From assembly GCA_023129115.1 (NCBI GenBank), contig JAGMCR010000015.1, positions 1 to 64,000 of the forward strand: a stretch of 64,000 bases of DNA, given 5' to 3'. Below are positions 30,122 to 39,229 of the stretch, one piece after another (positions within the stretch are counted from its first letter, which is position 1; each line of letters opens with the position of its first letter). The notes beneath the pieces are model-generated. The model saw only the letters and a program-made list of their open reading frames with translations, ran no database searches and was not told the DNA's origin. The DNA comes from Candidatus Iainarchaeum sp. GTDB lineage: Archaea > B1Sed10-29 > WALL01. Both the position numbers and the translations under genes were made by a program.

Positions 30122-31405
30122 TTACTCGTTGCTGGTGAAGCTGAACCCAAATTTGGCGTTTGTTTTGCGGGATTGCCTGTTGGTGTACCCCTTGATCTCG
30201 CTTTGCAATGTTTTTGCCGTGTTTTCTAGGGATTCCGCGAATTCCCGGCCTTGCGGCGAGTCTCTCTCTTCTATGTGCTTGTGGGCGTGCTTTTCGACGC
30301 TTATGCCTATTTCCATTGCTTTTTGGGCGGCTTTTTCTTCGAAGTGGGGGCTTGAGTTGAGCAGGGAAACAATTTCTTCTGCTTCTTTGAGCTTGAGCAT
30401 GCAGTATGCCCCACGGTAGCGGTGAGAGACAATAAACTCCATTATTTCTCTTTCTCTTGGTGTCCCAAGGCTTTTTTGGAGTTCTTGGTTGAGGTATCCG
30501 ACTGCTTCGTCGAAGTCTTTTGCCATTGGGGGCGGCCAGTTTTTTTGTTTGGGCTTGTTTTTTGCCAGTTCGTTGTCTACGTGTCCCATTATTTCGCCGA
30601 AGTCGTTGAATTCTTTTGTCGCCAGTGAGTACACGATTTCTCTGGCGTGTCTTTTTGACTTGGATTCTGCAAGTATGCGGAGCATGACCGCGTCGGCTTT
30701 TATGTGGTGGGGGTTTCCGCTTACTTCGTTTTTGTGCTTTGATGGTTTTTTGCCGTGGAGGAATTGGAACCACTGGTCGAATACTTCGTGTACTGTGTGG
30801 TTCGCTTTTATTCCCCTGTGGTCACATGCGACTTGGTATACTGCGTGGCCGGTTTCTGATGCTACCGTGCTTTCGTCTTGCTTGCTTTTGTCCCAGTATG
30901 GGATTAAGAGGCCCACCGCTTTTTCTCGTGGGAAGAGGACTTTGGCGTGGGTGGCGCCTTCGATGGCCCGCAGCCCGAGGGTTATTTGCCCTTGGTCGAG
31001 CCCCTCGGTTTTTGCGTATTCGACCCAGATGAACGGGTGGGTGTAAAACCCGTGGAAGCCTTGGCCGTGCCTCCGCCGGGTTTTCATCAAGTTTCCGGTG
31101 ACTATCATGACGTAGGGGTTGTTTTTGTTGTGTTTTAGTTCGTGTTTGTGCCCGGGTTTTCCTGTTTTGTTGTACCATTCCATGAGGGTTTTGTGGGTTT
31201 GCTTTATTTTTTTGAGTTTTTTTGGGTTGGTTTCGCCTTCTTCGGCGTTTTGCATTACCCTGGCCACCTCGCGCTTGAAGGCTTGGCCTCGGCTGAGTAG
31301 CTTGAGCTTCCACTTGGTCTTGATGCCCATTTCCGCGAGTGTTTGGTTGACTTCTTTTTTGATGCGGGTGTGGATTGCTTTTTTTGCCTCAAGGAGTCTC
31401 GCCAT
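30122..31405 (-). CDS. Hypothetical protein (cargo) with a possible degenerate zincin motif
   Basis: Start moved to ATG 31405 beside the promoter repeat; ASETGHAVY...HEVFD. Confidence 0.7.
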   Translation of the reverse strand: MARLLEAKKAIHTRIKKEVNQTLAEMGIKTKWKLKLLSRGQAFKREVARVMQNAEEGETNPKKLKKIKQTHKTLMEWYNKTGKPGHKHELKHNKNNPYVMIVTGNLMKTRRRHGQGFHGFYTHPFIWVEYAKTEGLDQGQITLGLRAIEGATHAKVLFPREKAVGLLIPYWDKSKQDESTVASETGHAVYQVACDHRGIKANHTVHEVFDQWFQFLHGKKPSKHKNEVSGNPHHIKADAVMLRILAESKSKRHAREIVYSLATKEFNDFGEIMGHVDNELAKNKPKQKNWPPPMAKDFDEAVGYLNQELQKSLGTPREREIMEFIVSHRYRGAYCMLKLKEAEEIVSLLNSSPHFEEKAAQKAMEIGISVEKHAHKHIEERDSPQGREFAESLENTAKTLQSEIKGYTNRQSRKTNAKFGFSFTSNE

Positions 31406-31469
31406 TAGCCAATAATTACTCGCCCACGGAATAAAAACCCTTTTATCCTTGTTTCGCCTTAATCCGGTT

Positions 31470-32618
31470 GTGGCAAAAAGAAAGTCCAAGGGTTCTTGGT
31501 TGGGTGGCCTAAGGCGAGAAATGGCTGAGGACGCGGAAAGAAAAGATGCTGTTGAGCGGAGAGAGCTATCAGAGGCTCTTGCGCGAGAGCGAGCGAAAGA
31601 GCGTGAGCAAGAAGACAAAACGCATAATGAGGAAATGGAGAAGCTAAGAGCTGAATTGGACGAGAAACGGGCCGAGAGAGAAAGAAAGGATACCGAGTTT
31701 GAGGAGAAGGTGAAGTCCTTTGGTGAAGTGAGGGGGTCTGATGATGAATTCCGGAAACTTATGCGGCATGACCCATTCGCAATGGAAGAGCTTTTTGAGC
31801 AAATGAAAAAAGACGAAGGATTAACGGAGTTACACAGAGTAGTCACCGAAATAGAGGAAAATAAAGACGTTGAGCGGGCCGAGGAGTACTTCAACGCAAA
31901 GACCAGAATCCACGAGGAATTGAGGTCCAAAATCGCCAAGAAGATGGAGCCCGTTGATTCAGAAGCCCGGGCAAAAGAATTCCAAGCGCTATTGGCGAAG
32001 AAACTCGAGGGGGACTTGGAGTTCAGAAGCCTGCACGAAGCGATAAAAACAGAGGCCGACAAAACCGGGGCAACGGTCCTTGAGTATATGCATAAGAAAG
32101 TCAGTAGTGAGCGATGGCTACAAAAACAAGCAGAGGTGGGCGGGGAGCGGGAAAGGGACACAAAAGAGCTGGCTTACGCAGTAAACCAATGGAAACTGCT
32201 GTTTGAAGACGAGGGTTTCCAGCGGCCCGAACTGGTTGACTCTTTTGCTGGTTCCATGAAGCGCGTCTATGAGAGATTTACTTCCCTGTTCGACATAACG
32301 GTTTCGAGCCCAAACGACGATGTTGTTGAACGAGTCCTAAGGCTGGCAAATGACGATTATAACCACCAGCTGTATAACGAGGTTCACAAAGACTTGCCTA
32401 AAGAAGTGGAAAAAGCGCACGCTGGACTCAAAGACGAGTTGAAGGAGCAATACCTAATCCGTTCCACGTTAAGGGGCTTAACTGACGGACAGCTTAGGGA
32501 CAAAATAAAAGAGAACCCCCAAATCGTCGGTGCGATGAGAAAAATAGGCAAGCGAGTCCGTGGAAAAGTCAATCAAACTCACGTGAAAAAAGAGGGCAAG
32601 TGGACACCAAGAAAATGA
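31470..32618 (+). CDS. Hypothetical coiled-coil protein (cargo)
   Basis: GTG about 25 nt downstream of TTTTATCC. Confidence 0.75.
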   Translation: MAKRKSKGSWLGGLRREMAEDAERKDAVERRELSEALARERAKEREQEDKTHNEEMEKLRAELDEKRAERERKDTEFEEKVKSFGEVRGSDDEFRKLMRHDPFAMEELFEQMKKDEGLTELHRVVTEIEENKDVERAEEYFNAKTRIHEELRSKIAKKMEPVDSEARAKEFQALLAKKLEGDLEFRSLHEAIKTEADKTGATVLEYMHKKVSSERWLQKQAEVGGERERDTKELAYAVNQWKLLFEDEGFQRPELVDSFAGSMKRVYERFTSLFDITVSSPNDDVVERVLRLANDDYNHQLYNEVHKDLPKEVEKAHAGLKDELKEQYLIRSTLRGLTDGQLRDKIKENPQIVGAMRKIGKRVRGKVNQTHVKKEGKWTPRK

Positions 32619-32630
32619 GGCTCGCAAAGC

Positions 32631-32713
32631 CTTTTATCCCTCCACCGCATTACCTGTACTCGATGCCAACCTGGTCCCACTCCCGCATTTCGGCGAGTGA
32701 GTCCCTGCCCCCC
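32631..32713 (+). pseudogene. Promoter plus 5' remnant of the PD-(D/E)XK nuclease gene
   Basis: ATG 32663 reads MPTWSHSRISASES.. versus MPTWSHSRISTYENCP at 49136. Confidence 0.9.
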
Positions 32714-32736
32714 GTAATTTTGTAACTCCCACAAAA

Positions 32737-33009
32737 TTACGTTTTGTATGCCTTGTCGTGGTGCTCAAAGTCGTAGAACTTTACCAAGTCTTTTGTTTGG
32801 TCGTACTTGAACACTAACACGAAGCTTTTTTGTATGTGTACTCTTTTGAAGTCCTGGAGTGGCTTCCGCAGGTTTTTGTAACGAGTTATTTTTGGGCTAG
32901 AAACAATCTCGGCTATTTTTGCCATTACTGCCGTGTATGTCTTCCCGTCTTTTTTGTGGAGCTTTTTGAGCTTTGTTTCGAGGCGCTTTTCTATGGCAAA
33001 GTCATGCAT
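32737..33009 (-). CDS. RelE/ParE (YafQ-like) toxin
   Basis: YKNLRKPLQDFKRVHI..FVLVF...HHDKAY. Confidence 0.85.
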   Translation of the reverse strand: MHDFAIEKRLETKLKKLHKKDGKTYTAVMAKIAEIVSSPKITRYKNLRKPLQDFKRVHIQKSFVLVFKYDQTKDLVKFYDFEHHDKAYKT

Positions 33010-33247
33010 GCTCTATCTCGTCCATTAGCTTCTTGACGGACGCGTATTCCTTGAACTTCCCGGTTTTTTCGATGCCCCTAAGCTTTTTCACGAACTCAGG
33101 CCTCAACTCTTTTTCCATTATTTCGTGGCCCATTTCGTCAATAATTAGCTGGATTGCCTTGTCCTTGGACGGCAGGCTGTACACGCTTTTCACCACGCCT
33201 ACGACGCGGTCAAGGTCCTTGCTCAGGGTTACTGTGACTTGAGTCAT
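33002..33247 (-). CDS. Antitoxin (DUF2683-like)
   Basis: Small gene overlapping the toxin; ELRPEFVKKL..IE; palindrome TACTACATTTTGTAGTA upstream. Confidence 0.75.
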   Translation of the reverse strand: MTQVTVTLSKDLDRVVGVVKSVYSLPSKDKAIQLIIDEMGHEIMEKELRPEFVKKLRGIEKTGKFKEYASVKKLMDEIEHA

Positions 33248-33428
33248 TCACAACACCTACTACATTTTGTAGTAAAATGTAGTATAAATGCTTTTTGGTC
33301 CGCCTTTGCTTTCTTCATACCCAACGGCTTAAAAACGGCTTTGCATACGCCTTGCCGAGACCCTCCACGTGCCTTGGAATGGGTGACCACGGCGTGGTCA
33401 CCCACGAGAATAAGAGAACCCTTTTATC

Positions 33429-33576
33429 CAGCTTAAACTAAGCCCAGACGAGAATCCCTGCGGGGATTCACGTCATGCCCCGGCAATCCTTTGGGATTCG
33501 CCAGGTGGCACGACAATCCTTTGGGATTCGCCAGGTGGCACGTTGTCCGTGCCTCCGCAGGGCCAGCGGACTAACG
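33429..33576. repeat. Modular hairpin repeat, expanded copy
   Basis: GCTTA-AAC-TAAGC, two CAATCCTTTGGGATTCGCCAGGTGGCACG units, GTTGTCCGT..GCGGACTAAC. Confidence 0.85.
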
Positions 33577-33579
33577 CCG

Positions 33580-35079
33580 TCACCTCGGAAAGGGGTACCG
33601 AGGGTCTTCTTCTTCTCGGGCGTGTTGGCGCCTCACGGCAATTACTCTCAAGAGAAAATCTTTTTCTGACTCGCCGGGCGCAGGCCTCATGCCTGCGGCT
33701 GGGTCATCGATTGACTCGTCCATGTACTGGTTGCCGAGGCTCTCGCGGTAAGTACTTCGCGTGGGGCTTCGTTCATAAAGCTGGTCGGCTTCCAGGCGAA
33801 GCAGCCCCAGCTCACGGTTGCCGCTGGATGGCCCGATGGAAACGCAGCCGTTGAGGATGCTGGTGGTGTTGATTTTTTCTTGGACTGTTTTTTTGACTTC
33901 TTCTTTCTTGATTTTGTCGCCGAGTTTTTTTGCGACCGAGTCGCTTATGTCTTCGACGAGTTTTTTGCGTTCAGCTTCGCGCTGGGCTCGTTCGTTGTTG
34001 CGACGCAGTTCCTCGAGCATGCTTTTGGAAAGTGCTTGTTTCGCTTCCTTGATTTTTGTGGTGGCTCCGGGGTGCTCTGGGACGAGTTGGAGGGCTCGGT
34101 TGTATAGGTCAATGGCCTTGTTGTAGTCGGGGATTGCAAATGGGTTGCCTTCGCCCATGGAGTTGGCTTTTTTGTGGGTTTCGTGTGCGTCTTGGAACAA
34201 CTGTGCCGCCTTTTGTTTGTTGAGGCGCTTTTGTTCGGCGAGGGCTTTTTGCTTGACGGCTTCCATGTTTTTTTGGGCGAGCGCGATTCCTTTTTTTGCT
34301 TCTGTGGAGGTGGTGTGGTACTCGAGGGCTTGGCGGTAGAGTGAGATGGCTTCTTCGTAGTTCTGGAGTTTTTGATTGGCTTGCCGGATGGGGAATTTTC
34401 GGGCGGCTGTTTGGAGGTCGTGGCCTTGCTGGGTGAGGGCTGCCGCGTGTCTCTTTTTTTGGTTGTGGATGTATACTTGCTCGTTGTGCTTGGCCAAGGC
34501 CATGTTTTTTTTGCTTGTTTGCGCGTGGCGTTTGGAGTAGTCGTTGGCTGGATCCACTTCAATGGTTCTGTTGAAGTGCTTGATTGCTTCTTGATATTCT
34601 TCTTGGGCGTTTTTTGCGCCTTGGATGGTGTACTGGTCGAAGTAGTCATTGGCATTGGTGAAGTGGTAGTAGCCCCGGAGTTGGTGCAGGCGGCGGGTTT
34701 CTTTGCCGGTGAGCCAGTAGTCATGTTCTGCCTTGATTGCGGCGTATAGGCCGCCGTAATTTGCTTTGGCGTGGGCGAGGACTGCGTTGATTTTTTGGTT
34801 GAAGCGGTTTGCTTCTTGCTGGAGCAAGTCGTTGTCGGGGCATTCCGAAAAGTGCTTTATGTATGACTCAATGCTTTTTTTGGATTGGTGGAACGCGGCG
34901 AGCAATGGGAGGGTGTCGGCTTTGTGGAGCTTGCGGACGCCGTTGGGGCGGACGTCGTTCTCGTGGCGCGTCTTGGCTTGGCGAGTGTGTCTGGTCAAGC
35001 GGCTGTGGAGTTCGCCGTAGCTCTTGTCCACGTTCAAAAAGTAGTACTTCTTGCGCTTGATTTCCCTCAACAAGCCCAT
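33580..35079 (-). CDS. TPR-repeat protein (cargo)
   Basis: YQEAIKHFNRTIEVDP, YEEAISLYRQALE, YNKAIDLYNRALQLVP; start moved to ATG 35079. Confidence 0.8.
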   Translation of the reverse strand: MGLLREIKRKKYYFLNVDKSYGELHSRLTRHTRQAKTRHENDVRPNGVRKLHKADTLPLLAAFHQSKKSIESYIKHFSECPDNDLLQQEANRFNQKINAVLAHAKANYGGLYAAIKAEHDYWLTGKETRRLHQLRGYYHFTNANDYFDQYTIQGAKNAQEEYQEAIKHFNRTIEVDPANDYSKRHAQTSKKNMALAKHNEQVYIHNQKKRHAAALTQQGHDLQTAARKFPIRQANQKLQNYEEAISLYRQALEYHTTSTEAKKGIALAQKNMEAVKQKALAEQKRLNKQKAAQLFQDAHETHKKANSMGEGNPFAIPDYNKAIDLYNRALQLVPEHPGATTKIKEAKQALSKSMLEELRRNNERAQREAERKKLVEDISDSVAKKLGDKIKKEEVKKTVQEKINTTSILNGCVSIGPSSGNRELGLLRLEADQLYERSPTRSTYRESLGNQYMDESIDDPAAGMRPAPGESEKDFLLRVIAVRRQHAREEEDPRYPFPR

Positions 35080-35138
35080 ACACCTAATAATTGTTGCCAC
35101 GGAATAAAAAAAGATGCCTCGATGACCCCCCACCAGTA

Positions 35139-35221
35139 ACGCTTTTATCCCTCTACCGCATTACTTGTACTCGATGCCAACCTGGTCCCGCTCCCGCGTT
35201 TCGGCGCACGAGTCCCTGCCC
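35139..35221 (+). pseudogene. Promoter plus 5' remnant of the PD-(D/E)XK nuclease gene
   Basis: ATG 35174 reads MPTWSRSRVSAHES..; upstream sequence nearly the same as the 32631 copy. Confidence 0.9.
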
Positions 35222-35229
35222 AAATAAAA

Positions 35230-35550
35230 CTACGCGACTGCCTCAACAGTTTTCTTCCCGGCAGCCTGATTAGCATGTTGAACGCTGATGTCCGTGTCCA
35301 GCTTCAAAAGAGTCTGTACAACCGGGCTTTCCTTGTTTAGCTGGTACAGCTGTGCCTTTCCCACTTTTCTGGTCGGAACAAGCAGCTTATCCCCCACCAT
35401 ATCCTCAAAAACGCGCTTTATTGTGACCCTGGCCATTCCTATGCCCTTGGAAACATCTGCCATGGAATAATCAAATAAATCGTTTTCTATAAAGAAGTCC
35501 AGCGCCCTTAGCTCAGGGGTCTCGCCCAGGAATTCCAGCAACAACGACAT
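35230..35550 (-). CDS. Winged-helix DNA-binding protein
   Basis: YSMADVSKGIGMARVTI...PTRKVGKAQLYQLN. Confidence 0.8.
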   Translation of the reverse strand: MSLLLEFLGETPELRALDFFIENDLFDYSMADVSKGIGMARVTIKRVFEDMVGDKLLVPTRKVGKAQLYQLNKESPVVQTLLKLDTDISVQHANQAAGKKTVEAVA

Positions 35551-35681
35551 ACACCCCCCTATAACAAAAGAACTATTAATAGCTAACTGTTGTACGTTGA
35601 GCAACTAAACGTTGTATTTATGTGGGCTCTCGGCAGGGCGTATCCCCCTGTGTTTTAAACCCCTCCCACACTTGGTCTTCT

Positions 35682-35954
35682 GTGGCGCGTTCTTTTGGTG
35701 AACTGGGTGCTTGGCTGCTCCGGAAATTGATGCGCAGCAGGCCTGCTTGTTGGGGCGGTGCTTACCAAAGCAAAGACGATATATTCCGTAACCTAAGGCG
35801 TTTTCCACTGGACAAAAAAACCCTGGAAAAACAAGTCATCCCAGGTTTATTGAACCGGGGCTGGCTCATTCCCCACAAGAAAGGGAACTGCCTGTCGCTG
35901 AACGCGCACCACAAAAACGAAATAATCGGTTTCGTCAAGAAGTACTACCCTTGA
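35682..35954 (+). CDS. Small hypothetical protein, divergent from the HTH gene
   Basis: GTG about 25 nt after TTTTAAA; wHTH-like LLNRGWLIP..K. Confidence 0.55.
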   Translation: MARSFGELGAWLLRKLMRSRPACWGGAYQSKDDIFRNLRRFPLDKKTLEKQVIPGLLNRGWLIPHKKGNCLSLNAHHKNEIIGFVKKYYP

Positions 35955-36006
35955 TCGGGCGACCACTTCCCACAGTTTTGTGGTCACCCAACGGGGGATA
36001 AGAAAC

Positions 36007-36046
36007 GCTTTTATCCCTCTCCCGCATTTCGTGCGAGTCCTGCCCT
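36007..36046 (+). pseudogene. Internally deleted 5' remnant of the nuclease gene
   Basis: CTTTTATCCCTCT joined directly to CCCGCATTTCG..GAGTCCTGCCC; consistent with deletion between the two CCGCATT direct repeats seen in the 32631 copy. Confidence 0.75.
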
Positions 36047-36109
36047 TGTTTTTGATATTTAAACCCCTCCAATAACTTTAAAAAGGGTGTTTTTGTGAAC
36101 CTGTTCTTA

Positions 36110-36198
36110 GTGCTCGAGGCGTTTGCGTATCGGCCCTTGGGTTTTACGCGCACGCGCTTGCGACGGCGCTCGCCCCGGGCTTCTGGCCCGGGCCTTTC
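36110..36198 (+). ncRNA. Candidate structured small RNA (orphan copy of the DUF3800-associated RNA)
   Basis: 36047-36167 is identical to 47121-47241; CTTTAAAAA box upstream; long hairpin, GC hairpin, U-tract. Confidence 0.6.
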
Positions 36199-36238
36199 AC
36201 TCTATTTTTTTGGTGGTTAGTCGGTCTATTGCCTGGCT

Positions 36239-37873
36239 TTACCCCGTGGCCGCGAACCGGTCCCCGGCTTTTCTTATCCTGCCTTTCTTTTCCAGTCTTT
36301 TCAGGGCGCTGCGTATCCTATAGCGGGGGAAGCCCACCAGCCCATCCAGCTCCCCCAAGGTTTTTGGCTCCCGGAGGGCGAGCACGAGCATGCCCTCGAG
36401 GCAGTGGGAAACCAGCTTTCTCTTCAGCGGGATTTTTATCCCAAGGCGCCCCTCGAGGACCTCCACTGTGTCGAGGACCAAGACGGAAAACATTTTCCCG
36501 GTTTCCTCTTCCTGCCGCAACATTTCATCAAAGACGGCACCCCAGTCGAGCCTGACCTTCCTCACTATTGCCGCAGCATCCTCCAAGTCGCCCTCCCGCT
36601 CGGTAATGCTCTTGAACAGAAAAATGTGCTCCAGGGAAACCAACCCCACAGCCAATTTTCCATAATTAACTGTTCTTGAGTCTTCCTTCATATGCCCAGT
36701 TAGGACCATTGCCTTGCAGATGACCCTCGTGAATACATCGACCCGCGGGAAACCCTGTTTCTCGAAGATGGCGTTCGGGTGCATTTTCTTGTACGCTAGG
36801 GAAAACTTTGTTGTTTTCCTGAACCCAAGCTTTTCCAGTGCCCTTGACAGGGCTTCAAACTCCGGTCCAGTGGCGACGACGACGTCAATGTCCTTGGTGC
36901 TCGTCTTGAGGCCCCGGAGAATAAGGTTCTGCCCGCCAATGAGGTAGACCGCCAGCGGCTCCTCAAGAGCATTCCCGAGCTGTCCCAAGACTCCAGCGGT
37001 TTCTTCGCCCGAATAGTAGACAGGTATGCCGACATTGTAGAGCGCTGCCTTTTCCAGGAACTCGCCCCACGGCAAAAACTTTCCCCGGTCGTCGTGGTCC
37101 CGGATGTAGGACAGCATGTCCGCGAAGTCGGTTCCCCCTGCTTCGTCGTAGGCCTTGCGCAATTCAAAGCCGTTCTGGTTTTTCAGGAAGAACAGCGCGC
37201 AAAGCGAGCGCTCGGCCTTTGTTTCTGAACAGGCAAGTGCGTGGACCAGGACTTCTTCCATGCCGGGCTTTTTGTCGGAATAAAAGTCGTAAACGGCCGA
37301 GACGGGGATGCCGTGGCTCGGGAACATCGAGAACGCCGTCAAAAACCCCTTTGCCTCTTTTGCTTTGGGGACTTTTTTCAGCCTATTCCCGTCCGAGTGG
37401 ACGAGCACGGCGTACTCCTCCAGCCCCTCTGCCGCTTTTTCCTCTTTGAGGATTGAGAAATATTTTTTGATGAGTGGCTCGTCGCTGAGGAAGTAGTCTT
37501 CTGCTTCTTTCCTCGCCGCGCCGACTTCCCCCAGTTCCTGTAACGCGTCGTAAACAGCAGTTTTTTTTAGTCCGGTCGCCTCCATTATTTCTCTGGCTGT
37601 CTTGGGCGAGAGCAATTGGAGTGCCACTTCTTCGTTTGGCTTGGAAAGCAGTTTTTCGAGCGAGTATTTTGCCATTAGTGCAAGCAATGCCCGGGTCTTC
37701 GCGGCCTCGGCCAGCCTGATTTTCTTGTTTTTTGTCACGAGTCCCTTCTTTTCTAGGCTGGACACGAGTTCTGAAACGTATGAGGTGCTCAGCCCCAGGG
37801 CCCTGCCCAGCTGGCTGACACTAGCCTCTTTTTCCGTTAGTGCCTTGAGCAGGTTTACCTCGGAACTCAACAT
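36239..37873 (-). CDS. HTH plus nucleotidyltransferase fusion (AbiEii/DUF6036-like)
   Basis: Two N-terminal HTHs; VYLIGG...TKDIDVV; LFKSITEREGDLED. Confidence 0.8.
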   Translation of the reverse strand: MLSSEVNLLKALTEKEASVSQLGRALGLSTSYVSELVSSLEKKGLVTKNKKIRLAEAAKTRALLALMAKYSLEKLLSKPNEEVALQLLSPKTAREIMEATGLKKTAVYDALQELGEVGAARKEAEDYFLSDEPLIKKYFSILKEEKAAEGLEEYAVLVHSDGNRLKKVPKAKEAKGFLTAFSMFPSHGIPVSAVYDFYSDKKPGMEEVLVHALACSETKAERSLCALFFLKNQNGFELRKAYDEAGGTDFADMLSYIRDHDDRGKFLPWGEFLEKAALYNVGIPVYYSGEETAGVLGQLGNALEEPLAVYLIGGQNLILRGLKTSTKDIDVVVATGPEFEALSRALEKLGFRKTTKFSLAYKKMHPNAIFEKQGFPRVDVFTRVICKAMVLTGHMKEDSRTVNYGKLAVGLVSLEHIFLFKSITEREGDLEDAAAIVRKVRLDWGAVFDEMLRQEEETGKMFSVLVLDTVEVLEGRLGIKIPLKRKLVSHCLEGMLVLALREPKTLGELDGLVGFPRYRIRSALKRLEKKGRIRKAGDRFAATG

Positions 37874-37984
37874 GATTCCGTTATTAGCGAAAACATATAT
37901 AAACATTTCGCCCTAAACGGAATCTTTCGCACTGCCGAAACAATGGGCGGGAAAAAGCGTGTTTCGGCTGGAAAATATTCAGTA

Positions 37985-38019
37985 TTTATATGTTTCGGAA
38001 AAACCGAAACATATATAAA
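37985..38019. promoter_or_regulatory. Inverted-repeat operator/promoter between divergent NTase loci
   Basis: TTTATATGTTTCGG-AAAAA-CCGAAACATATATAAA; further CGAAA(A)CA half-sites at about 37888, 37935 and 38036. Confidence 0.7.
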
Positions 38020-38042
38020 CAAAGAGCCACTTAAACCGAAAC

Positions 38043-38591
38043 ATGCGGAAGCGCGTGCTCGTGTGCGTTTGGCTCATGGAGAACAGGGAGACGACGCAGA
38101 AGGCGGCGGCCGAGGCACTGGGCGTGTCGCTCAGCACGGTGAACGCTACTGTGAAGGCGCTCGAGAGGATTGGGGCTGTGGACGTGCGGCAGAGGGGCCT
38201 TCGCGTGGTTGACCCCGAAAAGGCGCTGATGTGGCTCGCGAACATGCGGGACGTGTACCGGGACGTGGTGTACAGCACGAGGGCGGTGGCGGCGGTGGGG
38301 GAGATTGAGAAGGGCATGCCGCCGGGCACGGAGTTCACTGCCTTCACTGCGTACAAGTTCAAGTACAACGACGTGCCGGCGGATTACTCGGAGGTATACG
38401 TGTACGCGGACGAGGAGGCGTTGGGGGAGATAAAGAAGAGGTTCCCGCCGCGGAAGGGGCCCGCGAATTTGTTCGTGCTGGAGAAGGATGGGGAAGTGAC
38501 GGACGCGCTGGTGTTCGCGGACCTGTGGAACCTGCGGGAGTGGTACGCAAAAGAGTTTGTGGGGGCGTTGCGTGACAGAATTCTGGAATGA
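38043..38591 (+). CDS. Winged-helix protein, AbiEi-like antitoxin
   Basis: TQKAAAEALGVSLSTVN HTH; FTAFTAY; overlaps the NTase gene. Confidence 0.75.
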   Translation: MRKRVLVCVWLMENRETTQKAAAEALGVSLSTVNATVKALERIGAVDVRQRGLRVVDPEKALMWLANMRDVYRDVVYSTRAVAAVGEIEKGMPPGTEFTAFTAYKFKYNDVPADYSEVYVYADEEALGEIKKRFPPRKGPANLFVLEKDGEVTDALVFADLWNLREWYAKEFVGALRDRILE

Positions 38592-39186
38592 GCAATTGAC
38601 TGCTGCGAGCTGGGAAAAGCTGCAGGAAATGGCGAAAAAGTATGACTTCGTGTTGATTGGGGGTTGGGCGGCGTTTTTGTGGACCGGGATGCACAGGTCG
38701 AAGGACATTGATATCGTGGTCGGCTACAAGGCACTGGAGCGGCTTAGGCAGGACTACGCGCTCACGAAAAACGACCGCCTCAAGAAGTACGAGGCAAAGC
38801 TTGACAAGTTCGATATTGATATCTACGTGCCGTTTTACTCTGTGCTGTCGCTGCCGCTGGAGTCGCTGGAGTCGACGAGGATTCAGGGGATAACCACGGT
38901 GACGGCCGAGGGATTATTGGTCTTGAAGCAGGGCGCGGAAATCGACAGGCGGGGGAGCGTGAAGGGGAGGAAGGACGCGATAGACATTGTGACGCTGCTT
39001 GTGCACGGCGGCGTGGACCTGGAGAAGTACGCGGGGCTGGTTGAAGAGCACGGGCTGGAGTACAAGAAAGAGCTGGAGCGCGTGGTCAAGGAGTTCGACG
39101 TCAAGGACCTCAAGTTCCTGGGCATGAACCTGAAGCAGTTCAGGGACTGGCAGAAAACGGTTTTGGGGCAACTCAAGCCGCTTTGA
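38572..39186 (+). CDS. Nucleotidyltransferase, AbiEii-like toxin
   Basis: FVLIGGWAA...SKDIDIVV; LVLK...KGRKDAIDI. Confidence 0.75.
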   Translation: MTEFWNEQLTAASWEKLQEMAKKYDFVLIGGWAAFLWTGMHRSKDIDIVVGYKALERLRQDYALTKNDRLKKYEAKLDKFDIDIYVPFYSVLSLPLESLESTRIQGITTVTAEGLLVLKQGAEIDRRGSVKGRKDAIDIVTLLVHGGVDLEKYAGLVEEHGLEYKKELERVVKEFDVKDLKFLGMNLKQFRDWQKTVLGQLKPL

Positions 39187-39229
39187 GGGACAATGCTTTC
39201 GGTTGCCACTTTGTGGATAAGAAACGCTT

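Noticed and set aside
31406-32161. N-terminal extension of the 679-aa ORF 30122-32161, and similar long extensions of 25971-27644, 14960-16042 and 11671-12384
   Set aside because: They overlap better-supported genes; real starts lie next to promoter or RBS signals.
33484-33542. 29-bp direct repeat resembling a CRISPR repeat
   Set aside because: Only two adjacent copies with no spacer; part of the modular hairpin family.
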